From assembly GCA_964016885.1 (NCBI GenBank), contig OZ024740.1:87978001-88042000 (forward strand): 64,000 bases of DNA, in the 5' to 3' direction. The DNA comes from Eledone cirrhosa. Taxonomy: Eukaryota. Shown piece after piece: positions 40,662-54,290 of this stretch. Position 1 is the first letter of the stretch; the number at the start of each line of letters is the position of its first letter. The translations under genes and the position numbers were made by a program. The notes beneath the pieces are model-generated. The model saw only the letters and a list, made by a program, of their open reading frames with translations, searched no databases and was not told where the DNA came from.

Positions 40662-41810
40662 TTATTAAAATAAAATAACAGATTAAAGTTTAAGCAAAGA
40701 ATCGCCGCTTTCACCCTTAACGGGATCTTCTGAAACTAACAAAGTCAATCTGTAAACGCAGAACTGGATATTTCAAAAAACGTTGCAACCGTAAGCATAG
40801 GTAAGTATATATTATCCGTATGTTTTGTGAAGGTACGTATACCTTCTCGTACGTATATTTGATTGTTATGGCGTATAATTTTTTTATATATTCTGGTACA
40901 TATGGTTCGGCTATGTGTATACGGGAGTTTTGCGTCTGTGTGAGTATGCAGGTTCGTACGTATGTAGGGCGTGTGTATATGTGTACTTCATGTTTTGGTT
41001 GACTTACGTCTCCGAACATTCGTGTATTTACATGTAGGTATGTGTGTGCGCTTGTTATATACGTATTTACTTATTTATATACGTTTATATAATTATTTAT
41101 TTATTTGTATACACGCTTACACACACACACATATTTATATGTGCGTGGTTTTGTTTACCTATGGTAAGTTTTTGCGTATGCTTGTGTATGTACGTATTTG
41201 TTTGCGTGTATGTATTTATTTATTTCTATTACTTCTGTATTGTATTTATTTACTTTGTTCTTAACTCCGTAGCGGAGATTCATTCGGTCTCCTAGTTATA
41301 ATTTAGTCTACGACTTCTGTTATACCATTTACGTGGTTTTGTCTTTGCGTGCTATTGTTCTCCACGCTCCACATATGACGTATTATCTTCGTTTTTTTCG
41401 TTCATTGCCAGAGAACGTCTCTATGCACCACCTAAGAGAACATTAGTCTACGACTTCTTTTATACCATAAACGTGGTCCTGTCTTTGCGCGTAATTGTTT
41501 CTCACCGCTCCTATTAATGACGTATTATATTCGTTTTTTCCCGTTCTTAGCCAGCGAACGTCACCATGAACCAAAGTATCGTCTTCCTGTCTTCCTCCGG
41601 TTGCAACGTTTTTTTGAAATATCCAGTTCTGCGTTTACAGATTGACTTTGTTAGTTTCAGAAGATCCCGTTAAGGGTGAAAGCAGCGATTCTTTGCTTAA
41701 ACTTTAATCTGTTATTTTAATAAATATTTGCTCTACGGTTCTTATATATTTGATATATATTTATCCTTATCGAGCCCTCTTTGGATTTTAGTCTTCAAAT
41801 TTATTATTAT

Positions 41811-41812
<2 letters not shown>
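40662..41812 (+). mobile_element. Non-coding Penelope-like element (family C): inverted terminal fragment, body with about 140 bp tandem duplication, 3' terminal repeat
   Basis: 40662-40791 is the reverse complement of 41598-41725; duplication at 41303-41442 / 41443-41575; solo terminus at 48845-49103. Confidence 0.75.
41653..41703 (+). ncRNA. Hammerhead fold with CAGAAGA core (copies at 40687-40737 and 48955-49005, minus strand)
   Basis: AGTTT-CAGAAGA-T-CCC(GTTAA)GGG-T-GAA-AGCA(GCGATTCTT)TGCT-T-AAACT. Confidence 0.68.
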
Positions 41813-41861
<49 letters not shown>

Positions 41862-41895
41862 CCTATACACACATACACAAACATACGCGTACACA

Positions 41896-41960
<65 letters not shown>

Positions 41961-42098
41961 ATACTTTGGGAGGGTCATGTTGCCAATAAGAAACACACGC
42001 ACCAGTTGCTTTCACTTCAATTTATTATATATTTATAAATTTACAAATTTATAAATTTCTGGTTGGTTGGTTCCACAACCAGATAGTTGTTTATACAT

Positions 42099-42143
42099 AG
42101 TCATAGTTCTTTCGTCACACACTCTGTGACCTCTTCAGTGACT
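42099..42143 (-). ncRNA. Minimal type I hammerhead
   Basis: AGTCA-CTGAAGA-G-GTCAC(AGAGTGT)GTGAC-GAA-AGAACT-A-TGACT. Confidence 0.78.
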
Positions 42144-42406
42144 GGGGATTCCTTTCTTTGTTTCTGTGCCTCTCCTTTGTTCTGTCCTATTGGGAAAAAG
42201 TGAGGGGTTTGGAAAAGGTAAGGAAGATCTCTGCTCCTCTCTCATCCTTCCTTCTTATACACCCCCACCATTTCCTCCTCTTCCTTACCTTTTCCAACCC
42301 CCTCACTTTTTCCCAATATCACACATCAATCTTAAATTATTTTTCATATGTTGATTTAAAACTTCACTATTCACAAGTGTTTTTTAAGCTTCATATCATG
42401 TATCCC

Positions 42407-42477
42407 TATTTTATCTGATGAAAACGCAGATATCATCTCATGATGATATTTGTTTTTGAAATGCGCATAATAAAATA
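42407..42477 (+). ncRNA. Type I hammerhead with long simple stem II
   Basis: TATTTTAT-CTGATGA-AAAC-GCAGATATCATC(TCAT)GATGATATTTGT-TTTT-GAA-ATGCGCAT-A-ATAAAATA. Confidence 0.85.
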
Positions 42478-42528
42478 CTTGGAACTCTTTTAACCATCTT
42501 TTGATCTTATATTATATATATATATATT

Positions 42529-42565
<37 letters not shown>

Positions 42566-42597
42566 GTATATATATATATGTAAATATATAATATGTG

Positions 42598-42637
<40 letters not shown>

Positions 42638-42785
42638 TATATGTTTATATAAACATATATATATAGAAAATAGAATAGCTTTCACCGTATTTTTGACTAA
42701 AGAAATTTTAGTCTGATAATGGGGTTTAGAACTTTCAGATAAATGGAAAAAGATGAGTATTGACGTAATATATATACATATATAC

Positions 42786-42867
<82 letters not shown>

Positions 42868-44852
42868 AATGTTAATATGGAGAGAAGACCTTCAGGTCAC
42901 TAGGTACAGCCACATGCTAGTGTGAATAAACACACGAGACTAATCAGTGCTTCAGGATGATCACACCAGGTAAGATGATGTATGTATAGATATTTGAATA
43001 TATGTGTGTGTGTATGTGTATATATACATTCACTTCACTGGTTCGATACAAACACACACACACACACACACATACATACGCACACACACACACACATATA
43101 TATATATGTGCGTGTGCGTGCCTATATATATATGTACATATATGTGGTGGTTGTGCACGTGTGTGCGTGCGCGTGTGCGTATCATACTAGTGAAGTGGAT
43201 AATTTTCATAACAATAATAAGAACATTAATGATGTTAAAATTAGATTGAGGTTGAATGAATTATATATATCGATATTTCAGATGAACGCCGTCCACCAGT
43301 GGTATTATTGAAACAAAACGGCGGAAGATTTATATAGAAATTGTTGAATAAATTTTGAGGTAAGGATTACAGTGCTCTTGTTGAATACTCTCTCAACAAT
43401 ATTGTAATAAATGCTTTTCAAAATATTATTCGGACTAGAATCAAGATTAATAAAGAAATTCGTGTAAGTCTTCTTAATTGCTAAGTCTAAGCGAATTATT
43501 GCTAATATCATTAATGCTCAAGTTTCTTCCAATTCAATATAACGTTGCCTGATATTGTAGCCGGCCATTTTAATCATAGTGGAATATCGATCCTATTGTG
43601 TGCATTCAGTAAATAAACACTGCAATGGCAACTGCAGCCGCCTCTGATAGATTAAAGTTTAAACTCTTCTAAGACTGTTCACCGACTGTAAATAATGAAC
43701 AATTACCGGCAGATGGGCGTCTTTTATTTCTTAATTCCATCTAACGTAAAAAAGTTTCTCAAACCACTTTCGTTCTTGCTATATTGACCTCATACAGTAC
43801 TCACTACGTACAACATTTCTTCTTTCTGCAAAGATGGCTGCTGCGATTTTGTTCAGGAAATCAGCGTTTAATTTCAGAACAATCACTTTCAGCTGGTGGT
43901 ATTATATGGAGTAGTTGTGGCATAGAACATTTTCCTCTACCAAATATTGTCAAATAAATGGGTTATTTAAGTAAATTGAATAGTTTTATGATGGTTTATG
44001 TGAGAAGACCATGCAAATAATTTAGATTTCATTAAGAAAATATATATTGATTATACTGTATCTTAGTAGTCCTAGTAAAAATTCGATCTGCAGTGTATTG
44101 GATACGAATTAATTTAGTTGTGTGGTATAGAAACTGTTGAGCTGTAGTAATTGATGTAGGCATCAGTGTTATACCAACACTGGTGATATTATAAATGATA
44201 CCGAGAGGATTTGTTGTGTGATACTCACATGGGAGCTAAAGTAACTAATACAAATACTAGCTGGTTGGAGCTGTAGTAATTGATAGGCAGAGATTTGCTG
44301 TGTAGTAAAAAACTTACTGGATTCGAAAAAATAGAGTCAGGATGCATGATTCCAAAAGAAGAATGTTGGATTAAATATTCTAATATAACTGATATAGGAA
44401 TGATATTTCTGCAAAACAAAAATACAAACCTCTTTATTAAGTCAAAATCAGAGTTGTTTCACCTTCGGAAAAGGATGACTGTTATAATATCCCATTTCGG
44501 TTAATGGGTGTTGGGGGATTTTTATATCAAGGTTAAAATGTTTTATATTCAGTAAATCTTTAGTTGTTACAAACTAGTGTTAGATTGAAGAAGGACTTCC
44601 CTTTGTATCTTATCCGCCACTCCGTCTTATGTCCATCACCACGAAACACTTACAATGTGTGTCCTGTGTCTTTGCATCACCACTGAATGTTTCGCTTGTC
44701 TACAAATATGTTGAAGACTATATGCATTTGTGGATCACGTCAATCTATAGATTATACAATGCAGTCCAGAAACATACTTCTACGCTAGAAATAGCAGCCA
44801 TATTTCCTTCGAATTATACCTTTAGGACTTAAAAAGGAAAGACGAATTCGAT

Positions 44853-45028
44853 AATTGTTTCTACTTTAGGCACAAGGCGAGCAATTACCCAGTGCATTAC
44901 TGGTACTTTATTTTATCGACCCCGTAAGGATGAAAGGCAAAGTCAACCTCGGCGGGATTTGAACTCAGATCGTAAAGGGACGTAACTATGCTGGAAAGCA
45001 TGGCGTCCGACCCTCTACCGATACTACC
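44853..45028 (-). mobile_element. Dominant SINE with about 19 bp TSD
   Basis: GAAAGACGAATTYGATAAT on both sides. An older decayed copy lies at 45365-45580. Confidence 0.93.
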
Positions 45029-46009
45029 AAGAAAGACGAATTTGATAATGTTCTCTGGTATGCACAAAGACGATATAGCAATGACTGGATCACATGTCTA
45101 CTTGACAAAGGCTGACATGTGCGAAAGATAAAAAGTAAACAACTAAAACAAAACAATAAAGGAAAATAAATGGAAATCGTGGACATAATGTAATGTAGTG
45201 TAACAGCTTGTTGAGGAATCGAAACGTCGTCACTGGGCTCCTCACTTAGATACACTACATAGAAAACAAAGGGTTCAAGTGTTGCATTCACATTAATGTT
45301 TCGGAGCTCACCGTCATTCATAATAAGATGATCTTGAAATTAGAAACCAAAAAGAAGAGAAATATTGATTTCTCCCTTTGGCACCAAGCCACATATTTAC
45401 TGAGGGTAGTGTCGGTGCCGGTAGGGGTTATAGGAGGAGTAGTTCAGTTGATTAAAAGCGACTCCAACACATGCCTGGAACCTATTTTATCGATCGGAGA
45501 AATATAAAAACTAAATCGATTTCAGCAGGATTTCAATAACAAAAAATATGTAAGTAAATACTGTAAAACATTTCGTTAGACACATTTAAGGAAATTGCTG
45601 CTGATGCTGCTCCTGTTTAGATTGATGTTTTTATTGTTGCTGATGTTGTTTAGTTTCTAGGTCGAGGCGGATTGAGCAAATCAAATGCGTTTTAGTCATA
45701 ACCACCGCGTTTTCCTTTTCCCAGTTATCATATATCTGGTACTCGACTATCAAATGCATTTTTAGATAATCGTAGAGTGCGTTTCAAGGGACATTTTGAA
45801 GTTTTTTTTCTATCGGTTAAAATGGCCACGTAAATGCTCCCTTCTTGACTCGATTGGAATTTTTTCACCAAAGAACACCATGCTCCATCTAAGATAGAGA
45901 CCATGTAGAGAGGATATTGTATACAATGAAAGTGAAATGAATTTATAGATAAACTATTAGGCTATCTACCAAACCTACCTATAGATCGAAAGGTTTTCAA
46001 ATATGCACG

Positions 46010-46048
<39 letters not shown>

Positions 46049-46051
46049 GTG

Positions 46052-46134
<83 letters not shown>

Positions 46135-46151
46135 TCATCATCATCATCATC

Positions 46152-46185
<34 letters not shown>

Positions 46186-47118
46186 GCATAATATATATAT
46201 TTTAGTCTTCACATTCATTATTATTACTACACACACACACCCACACACACATATAAACATACACACATATAGATACACATACACACACATATATATATAT
46301 AGGTATTAGTATGGTGCTCTGTTGTTCTCTCTCTGTTGTTTTTGCCGAGAATAAGTAAGTGACATAGTCACTACTTTAAAACTCATAGGGTCTTCTAAAT
46401 GTTTTTAATTAAAAATACAGTATATTGCCAAATATACTATACATACATTATATATATAATGATGAATTTGAATTATGTTGACATTAAAAATGGCCTAGCG
46501 AAAAGATATGATATTAGCCAACAACAGCGACGATTAAGCGACCGGTCTCATTCTGGGAGAGGTTGATTCATAAACGTGAGGCTCTTGGCTCCCAAGGGTG
46601 TCATTTTGAATGTCAAAAGTGAAAATTTAGCTAAGTTATGGACTGGGAAGAATGTTATTTAGGTAAGAAATCCAAATGAGTATATATCAAATGAAATAAC
46701 AATATATGAATTAACAGTTTATGAATAAACCTGCTTATTTAGACTAATCCTACTTGGGATTAAATAGCTATTGATGCTTACGAAGTTTGCTCATTTTAAT
46801 AAAGTGCTCAGGGGAAAATTCCATAGATAATAATTCAAAAGGGAAGAGGGATTGAAGAAATGTAAGATCGCAAGGGGAGTAAATTGCTTTGGGTCTCTGA
46901 AAACCAATGTGCTAAAGAAATTAAAGAAAATCAACAAGATATTTTTGTCAAATTCTAACAGGAAAGGAAATGACTGCTGATTAGTTCTAACAGACAATAG
47001 TGGACTTCGAAAATAAATTAAATATAAACAACGGCATGACCGTCTTATTAAGAAGTATGAGCCCTGAGTTCTACTATATCCCAAGATCAATAACCTGTGG
47101 TTATACATACATAGATTC

Positions 47119-47192
<74 letters not shown>

Positions 47193-47559
47193 ACATTGTG
47201 AGCGTTAGAATCATAGCAGTTGAACTATTGTAAACAAGAGTTGAGATAATCGAATAAGATAATCTTTAGAGAATGAAAAATGCGGACAGAAGTGATTGCG
47301 AGTAATCGAACCTCACATTTTAGAGGGATGGGAAGTTTGATTCCTCGCATCCTTTCAATGGTGCCAAGTTCGATTCTGTGCAGACATTTCTGTACCCTTT
47401 TCTCTGCTTCTCAGAGTATTTTATCCGATCTTCTCAACTATTATTTACAATGATCGAGCGTTATTTTGCATTTGGGGTGCTCACAATTTCAAATTTCAAA
47501 TTCACTCACCGCTTTGTAATTGTTTATATACACACACACGTACACACACACACGTACAC

Positions 47560-47733
<174 letters not shown>

Positions 47734-48060
47734 GTATATATATGATATTAAAAGTGACACTCGTCCTGAATAACGGAATTTATTTGAAAATGAAATACGT
47801 TATTCAAATATAGAAATTTCATAATGGTGTGTATTTAAATCTCCCATGTCCTACCTGTCCGTCACTGGACTTTAAAAAGAACATGAAAGCCGAAAATTGT
47901 GCAAAGCAGAGGAATACAAAGAATGATAATGCACATATATGCAGAGGAATGCTTTTCAGCTGAGATTGAAGAACAAACCGCCGATATCCAGTTATTTGCG
48001 TTTGAACGCACTGGTTGATCAGTTTTCTTACCGAATTTAGTCGATATATCTCGGTGAAAG

Positions 48061-48105
<45 letters not shown>

Positions 48106-48405
48106 GATACATATCTGCAAATATATATGTTATATAGGTGATATATAGTTCAAACGATCAAATGCCGTTGTACTAGCATGGTTATGTTTGAAGCATTTTG
48201 GTAAATGAATCTTTTACAATCAATAAAATAGCCATCTTTTAGATGTAGTCTCAAATGTTTGTGTGCGTTTAGCTGCACTATACCACAAATACGCGCAGTA
48301 CTTCAGTGCTTAGCTTACTTGAGTTTTGTAAAAAGTGTGAACTGAAATATTTCCTGGCTCTCAGATCGTAACGTTGCTTTTAAAGTATACAGGTATGGCG
48401 TACTG

Positions 48406-48502
<97 letters not shown>

Positions 48503-48606
48503 GACAAAATTGGTTCCTTCCTCATTCCCTCTCATCCGGGAACAGTTTTGTATGGCGCCAGTTTGTGATTCGAACTCGGGAATTTTATATTCTCCGAGCG
48601 AGAAGA

Positions 48607-48690
48607 ACATTCTGACGAGAGTCCCCTTCTCAATGGAAGTCCGCCTGGATTATCCATTTATTTTGTGATTTGAAACCGCACGGTAAAGGT
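48607..48690 (+). ncRNA. Extended-stem-II hammerhead, family G
   Basis: ACATT-CTGACGA-GAGTC-CCCTTCTC-AATGGA-AGTCC(GCCT)GGATT-A-TCCATT-TATTTTGT-GATTT-GAA-ACCG(CA)CGGT-A-AAGGT. Confidence 0.78.
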
Positions 48691-48758
48691 ACATATAGTA
48701 AGTACAGCGAACTTTAAAAAGTTTATTTAAAAACTTTTTTTCTATTTGCTAAACCTTG

Positions 48759-48848
<90 letters not shown>

Positions 48849-49103
48849 TAATAATAAATTTGAAGACTAAAATCCAAAGAGGGCTCGATAAGGATAGATA
48901 TATATAAAATATATAAGAACCGTAGAGCAAATATTTATTAAAATAACAGATTAAAGTTTAAGCAAAGAATCGCTGCTTTCACCCTTAACGGGATCTTCTG
49001 AAACTAACAAAGTCAATCTGTAAACGCAGAAGTGAATATTTCATAAAACGTTGCAACCGGAGGAAGACAGGAAGACGATACAGGAAGACGATAGAGGAAC
49101 ACG

Positions 49104-49135
<32 letters not shown>

Positions 49136-49149
49136 ATATATACACACAC

Positions 49150-49259
<110 letters not shown>

Positions 49260-49316
49260 ATGTATATATATAGATATATATATACATAAATATATATATA
49301 CATACAAACAAACAAC

Positions 49317-51236
49317 GAAGTGCTCATCCACAATGTAAAGGTGACACCAACAATTTTCTCGGATCATAACTTAGTAGAACTACTTGACATCGAGATTGCA
49401 CTCAAAATTTTTCCATGAAAATGAGAGGGCAAAGAAAGAAAGCAGGGTCATAGAAAATATTAAAACAAACCCTAAGGCCTTCTTTAAATTTGCAAAAGAG
49501 ACTGAGGCACATGCAAATAACAAAGCCAGAGAATTTCTTTGATGCCACAACACTCCATGAAGAAATGGCGACCATCAACCACATAAACATAATGGAGGAG
49601 GATGTGGTATACGCCATAGATGAAATTAGAACAGACTCAGCTGCTGGACCTGATGGATTTCCAGCAGTCCTCTTAAAAACATGTAAGCGGGCCTTAGCAA
49701 CTCCACTGACGACGCTCTTCGAAAGCTCCTTGGCTAGCGGTAGACTACCCAGGGAGCTAAAAGAAGGCACAATATGCCCTATTCATAAAGGAGGTAGCAG
49801 AGCGGAGACCAAAAACTGTAGGCTAGTCTCCCTGACGTCGCATATCAGTAAGGTCATGGAGCGAATCATCAGAAAGAAACTGATCACTTTCCTTGAGGAA
49901 AATCACCGCCTGACTAGCACGCAGCATGGCTTTCGCCCAGGAAGAAGCTGCCTTACACAGCTGCTACATCACTATGACTGGGTACTGAAACAACTGCTAG
50001 ACAGCGCACGCGCGGACGTGATATATCTTGACTTTGCAAAGGCCTTTGACAAGGTCAACCACGGAATGATATGTTACAAACTACACAGACTCGGCATAAC
50101 TGGAAAAGTAGGTAAGTGGCTGCATGACTTCTTAAAGGACAGAAGCCGACAGTCGCAGCAAACGGGGCCCACTCAAAGCAAACATCAATAACAAGTGGGG
50201 TGCTCCAAGGCACAGTCCTGGGACCACTAGTGTTTTTGGTGGCTCTCTCAGACATGCCCTCTATAGTACATACAACATCCCTCACTAGCTATGCTGATGA
50301 CACTAAGGTAGCACAGGCAAACAAAAACCCGGCTGACGATGCCCTTTTACAACAAGACCTGGATGCCATATACAAATGGGCGGAAGACAACAACATGCAG
50401 TTTAATGCTGGCAAATTCCAAGCCCTACAATACAAACCTGCAAACACAAATACAGTGCAACACAGTTACGCCGGACCAGGAGGGACCGATATTCCCGTGT
50501 CAAAATCGATACGAGACCTGGGTATAGACATGAAAGTGGCGACAATGTACTGACGATTCGCTGGCTGGATCTTGAGGAATTTCCGGACAAGAGACCGAGG
50601 CCCCATGTTGACACTATGGAAAACAATTGTCCTAAGCCGCCTGGACTATTGCTCCAAGTTGTGGTTACCCCATAGTGTCAAACTAACCACGGAGCTTGAG
50701 GAAATCCAGCGAAGCTACACCAAGAGGATTGTGACGATGAAGGAGATAAGCTACTGGGATAGGCTAAAAGAACTGAACCTCTACCCCTTGGAACGGAGAC
50801 GGGAGAGATACGCAGTGATCTACATGTGGAACATCCTGGAGGGACTAGCACCAAACATTGGCATTGGGAGCTGGACCAACCGTCGAACAGGACGTCACTG
50901 TGTGGTGCCAAAGGTCCCGTCTTCCACATCTAGAATAAGGAGCAGATATTGTAATAGCCTGGGGTTCAAGGGCCCTCAAATCTTCAACAAACTGCCGAGG
51001 GATCTGAGAGATCTGCATGGTGTGGATGTGGATGTTTTCAAGAAACATCTCGACACCTTGCTATCCAGGATCCCGGATGAGCCCACAGCAAGGTACGAGG
51101 GAACCCTAAGGGCAGCAGCAACGACCTCCCTCTTGCACCAGTGGCCAACCAATTCAGGCTGGAGATAAAATGTGTAGCAACAAGGGCGGTGTCCCAGCAT
51201 GGCCTCAGCAAATGGCTGGAACAGGTAAAAGAGTAA
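49317..51236 (+). mobile_element. CR1-group LINE, internally deleted and frameshifted, with intact 3' tail
   Basis: FSDHNL, AGPDG, VSLTS, QHGFRPGRSC, YLDFAKAFDKV, QGTVLGP, YADDTK, LERRRERY. Confidence 0.92.
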
Positions 51237-52801
51237 TCTATATATATAAAACAAAGAATGTCTGTGTATCTGTTTCTCTAAAATTCGAGAAGTACCCAAC
51301 CGTTTTTTTTCAAACTTTACACATGTAATACGTATGGCCCTGTGAGTGTTTTGAGCAAAAAGAATTTTCAAATTATTTAGTCCTAGGGATCGAATTAGTG
51401 AAGTGGCCAATGTCTGTACATAATGAGGAAGTGAGAGGGGAGAGAAAGAAACGGAGAGGCGAAGTAACGAAGTGACTCTCTACTCCTCCTTCTCCATCTC
51501 CCCATTCGTCACAGCGTTTTTCGATAGAGGTGAGAAATGTGAGTGAGTTATAAAGAGAAAGAGTGAGAGTGAAATAAACAGACATGTGTGTGTGTGTGTG
51601 TGTGTGTACGTGCACACGTGCGTGCATGAGTTTGCGTGCGTTTGTGCGTTTGCGTGCGTGAGTGTGTGTGTGTAAGTGCGTGTGGCGTTTCACTTACGCC
51701 ATTCTTTTCAGTGACAACATATTCACTAACTTACACTCATTCCAACCGCTGCTCTTACTGTTACCCCTCTCCCTATCCATACCCCGGTTAAGACGGCACT
51801 CATGGCTTAGCAATTACATAGTCAACCGTTCGGAAATCACATGCATCGGTTTTTAATTCACTGACGAGTTTACTCCTTACTCTATCATTGAGTTTCAGTG
51901 TACTTCGTCCTGCTTTTAGGTCATGCCTCGAAGGAAGAGATACTCCATTGGCCGAAAAACTCCGAAAGCAGTAACAACAAGAACAGGGAGGGTAAACGAA
52001 TCATCAGTGGAATCTGCTATTCGACGGTCGCAAGATGCTAAAAGTGCTGCCACCAGAAGAGCACTTGAAACAGACAACCAACGAACCATTCGCCGAACCG
52101 CTAATGCCGCATCAACTTCTGTTGCACGAGCTGCCGAGACGGAAGACCAGCGAAAAGACGACGGAGTACAGATGCTGCGAATATTGCTGCTGCGCGAACT
52201 ACACAGACCTCGCAAAAACGAGACATTCAACTGCAATGCAATGCTCAACGAAGGGCCTTTGGGCAGGGTATTTCAAGGCCGTGTTGCTCACGATGGTCCT
52301 TAAAAGCATTCGAGTACAACCCTGACTTTGATTACAGTGGCCATCCAGACATTGACCCCTCATTTTTAGGGCTGTCATTGAACGCACACACAACCCTATT
52401 TAAGGGGCCCTACTTGAAATTGTTTGACGGTAAATTCAAATCGTCCAGCATCCGCTAAAACAGTATTATAAGCGCTACAGTGGACAGACAGGTACGTTAT
52501 CGCTTTTCTTAACAAGCCCGGTTTATCTTTACTTATTTTTCCTAACAACATTTGCTTCCTTTGGTTAAAGGTGAACACACACACGACCCTTTCTTAGCCC
52601 CGCCCCTCCATGAAATTGGAAATTTATTTTGATCACAACAATTTTTTTTTTTTATGAACTCAGAATTGATTTCACCGTGTGTCCCAATTGAAGAATAAAT
52701 TGAATTTAGAATAACACATTTATATACAACATATTTTGCTCTTTTCTTCTAATATGTAAGGAACAATTTCATTCCCGGGCAACGCCGGGTGCCTATGCTA
52801 G
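51237..52801 (+). mobile_element. Non-autonomous Helitron
   Basis: A|TC start, subterminal hairpin CCCGGGCAACGCCGGG, CTAG|T end; internal ORF MPRRKRYSIGRKT..ARAAETEDQR resembling a Rep/Hel N-terminus. Confidence 0.85.
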
Positions 52802-53381
52802 TATATATATAATATATGTGTGTATGTGTGTGTGTGTATATAAATATGTGTGTGTATATGTGTGTGTATATAAATATGTATATATATACGTATGTATATA
52901 TGTATATATATACACATATATATACATATGTATACATATATATCCATATATGTACATATATATACATATATATGCATATATATGTATATATATGTATATA
53001 TATGTATATATATATATGTATATATATACATATATGTATACATATGTATGTATATGTATATATATACATATATATATACGTATATATATAGAAAAGATGA
53101 ATATAAAATGAAAGTGCTTTTTATAAAGGAATTTATTAGGTATTGACATATGTTTCTGTAACAGACGGAATACCTATGTATCGCTGCTTGCGTAATCCTA
53201 TAATGTTAGCAAGTATTCGATATACATATTTATATACACACACATACACATATATGTAGATATATACATATATATATATATAGATATGTATATATATACG
53301 TTATTCCGGGTTGAATCGGAGTTAACCGCAGTAAGTAAGGTACTCAATACATAGCAGAGTATAACAGTTTTAATATAGATG

Positions 53382-53432
53382 AGATTCTACAGGACTAGAA
53401 CTGTTTCATTCTTTAGAAATCACCAGGAATCT
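53382..53432 (-). ncRNA. Family A hammerhead, diverged copy (core CTGGTGA; element 53297-53432)
   Basis: AGATTC-CTGGTGA-T-TTC(TAAA)GAA-T-GAA-ACAG(TTCTAGTC)CTGT-A-GAATCT. Confidence 0.75.
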
Positions 53433-54152
53433 GCTCCGCTGGATGTGTAATAGTAATATACGTGAACGGCAAAGCATAAACGAACTAAGGGAAAAATTAG
53501 AAATAAGAGGGATCAGATGTTGTTTACTCGAGAGAAGACTACGTTGGTACGGTCACGTGATGCGCATGAAAGACGACAGCTGTATAAAAAAAGTGCAGGG
53601 CGATAAAAATAGACGGTAGCCACGGAGTAGGCAGACCCAGAAAAACCTGGGACGATTTGATAAATTCCGACCTCACACACTTACACCTCTCCAAGACAAT
53701 GTCACTGGACCGAGATCTTTGGCGCCACACAGTAATACAGAAGACCCGCCTTACCTAAGTACAAAGTGAAACCTACTACAGTCAGTAGGCACCTCTAACA
53801 AAATACACCCCGTCCCACTACTCCCACCCCATCCACACCACCCCTTTCAATGTAAAGTTATGTTGGTACCACAACATACAGTCCGAAACAAATGAGGTCG
53901 TGTAGGTGTCACGACAAAAAAAACACACAGTCCACGCTGTAATGTGGCCGTGTAGGCAACACGGTAAAAACCTCCCAGTCCACACTGTAAACGTGGTTGG
54001 TGTTAGGAAGGGCATCCAGCCGTAGAAAACCCGCCAGACAGTCCTATGCAAGCAAGACAACCACTCTTGCCTCAAGTGGGAAAACTCCCGTCCAAACCCA
54101 TGCAAACGTGGAAGATGGACGTTAAACGATGATGATGATAATGATGATGATA
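53431..54152 (+). mobile_element. RTE-clade LINE 3' end with (GAT)n tail
   Basis: LLRWMC..RRLRWYGHVMRM..GRPRKTW..DRDLWR, then GGAAGGGCATCCAGCCGTAG and (GAT)n. Confidence 0.82.
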
Positions 54153-54189
54153 TGTATGTATATATATATATATATATATTTATGTGTGT

Positions 54190-54290
54190 GTGTGTCAAAA
54201 AGGTATACTTACTTTGATTACCTATACAGGCAATATTTATTAGAATGGTGTTGATGTTTGTATACATTTTTTTGGGGACACCCTGTATAT
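54190..54290. mobile_element. Possible Tc1/mariner terminal fragment
   Basis: TTTTTGGGGACACCCTG|TA is the reverse complement of a TA|CAGGGTGTCCC-type end. Confidence 0.45.

Noticed and set aside
42665-42767. Family T tail (CTGAAAG..GGTGAAAGCT on the minus strand) as a ribozyme
   Set aside because: The core is non-canonical, differs among the three copies, and has no stem I.
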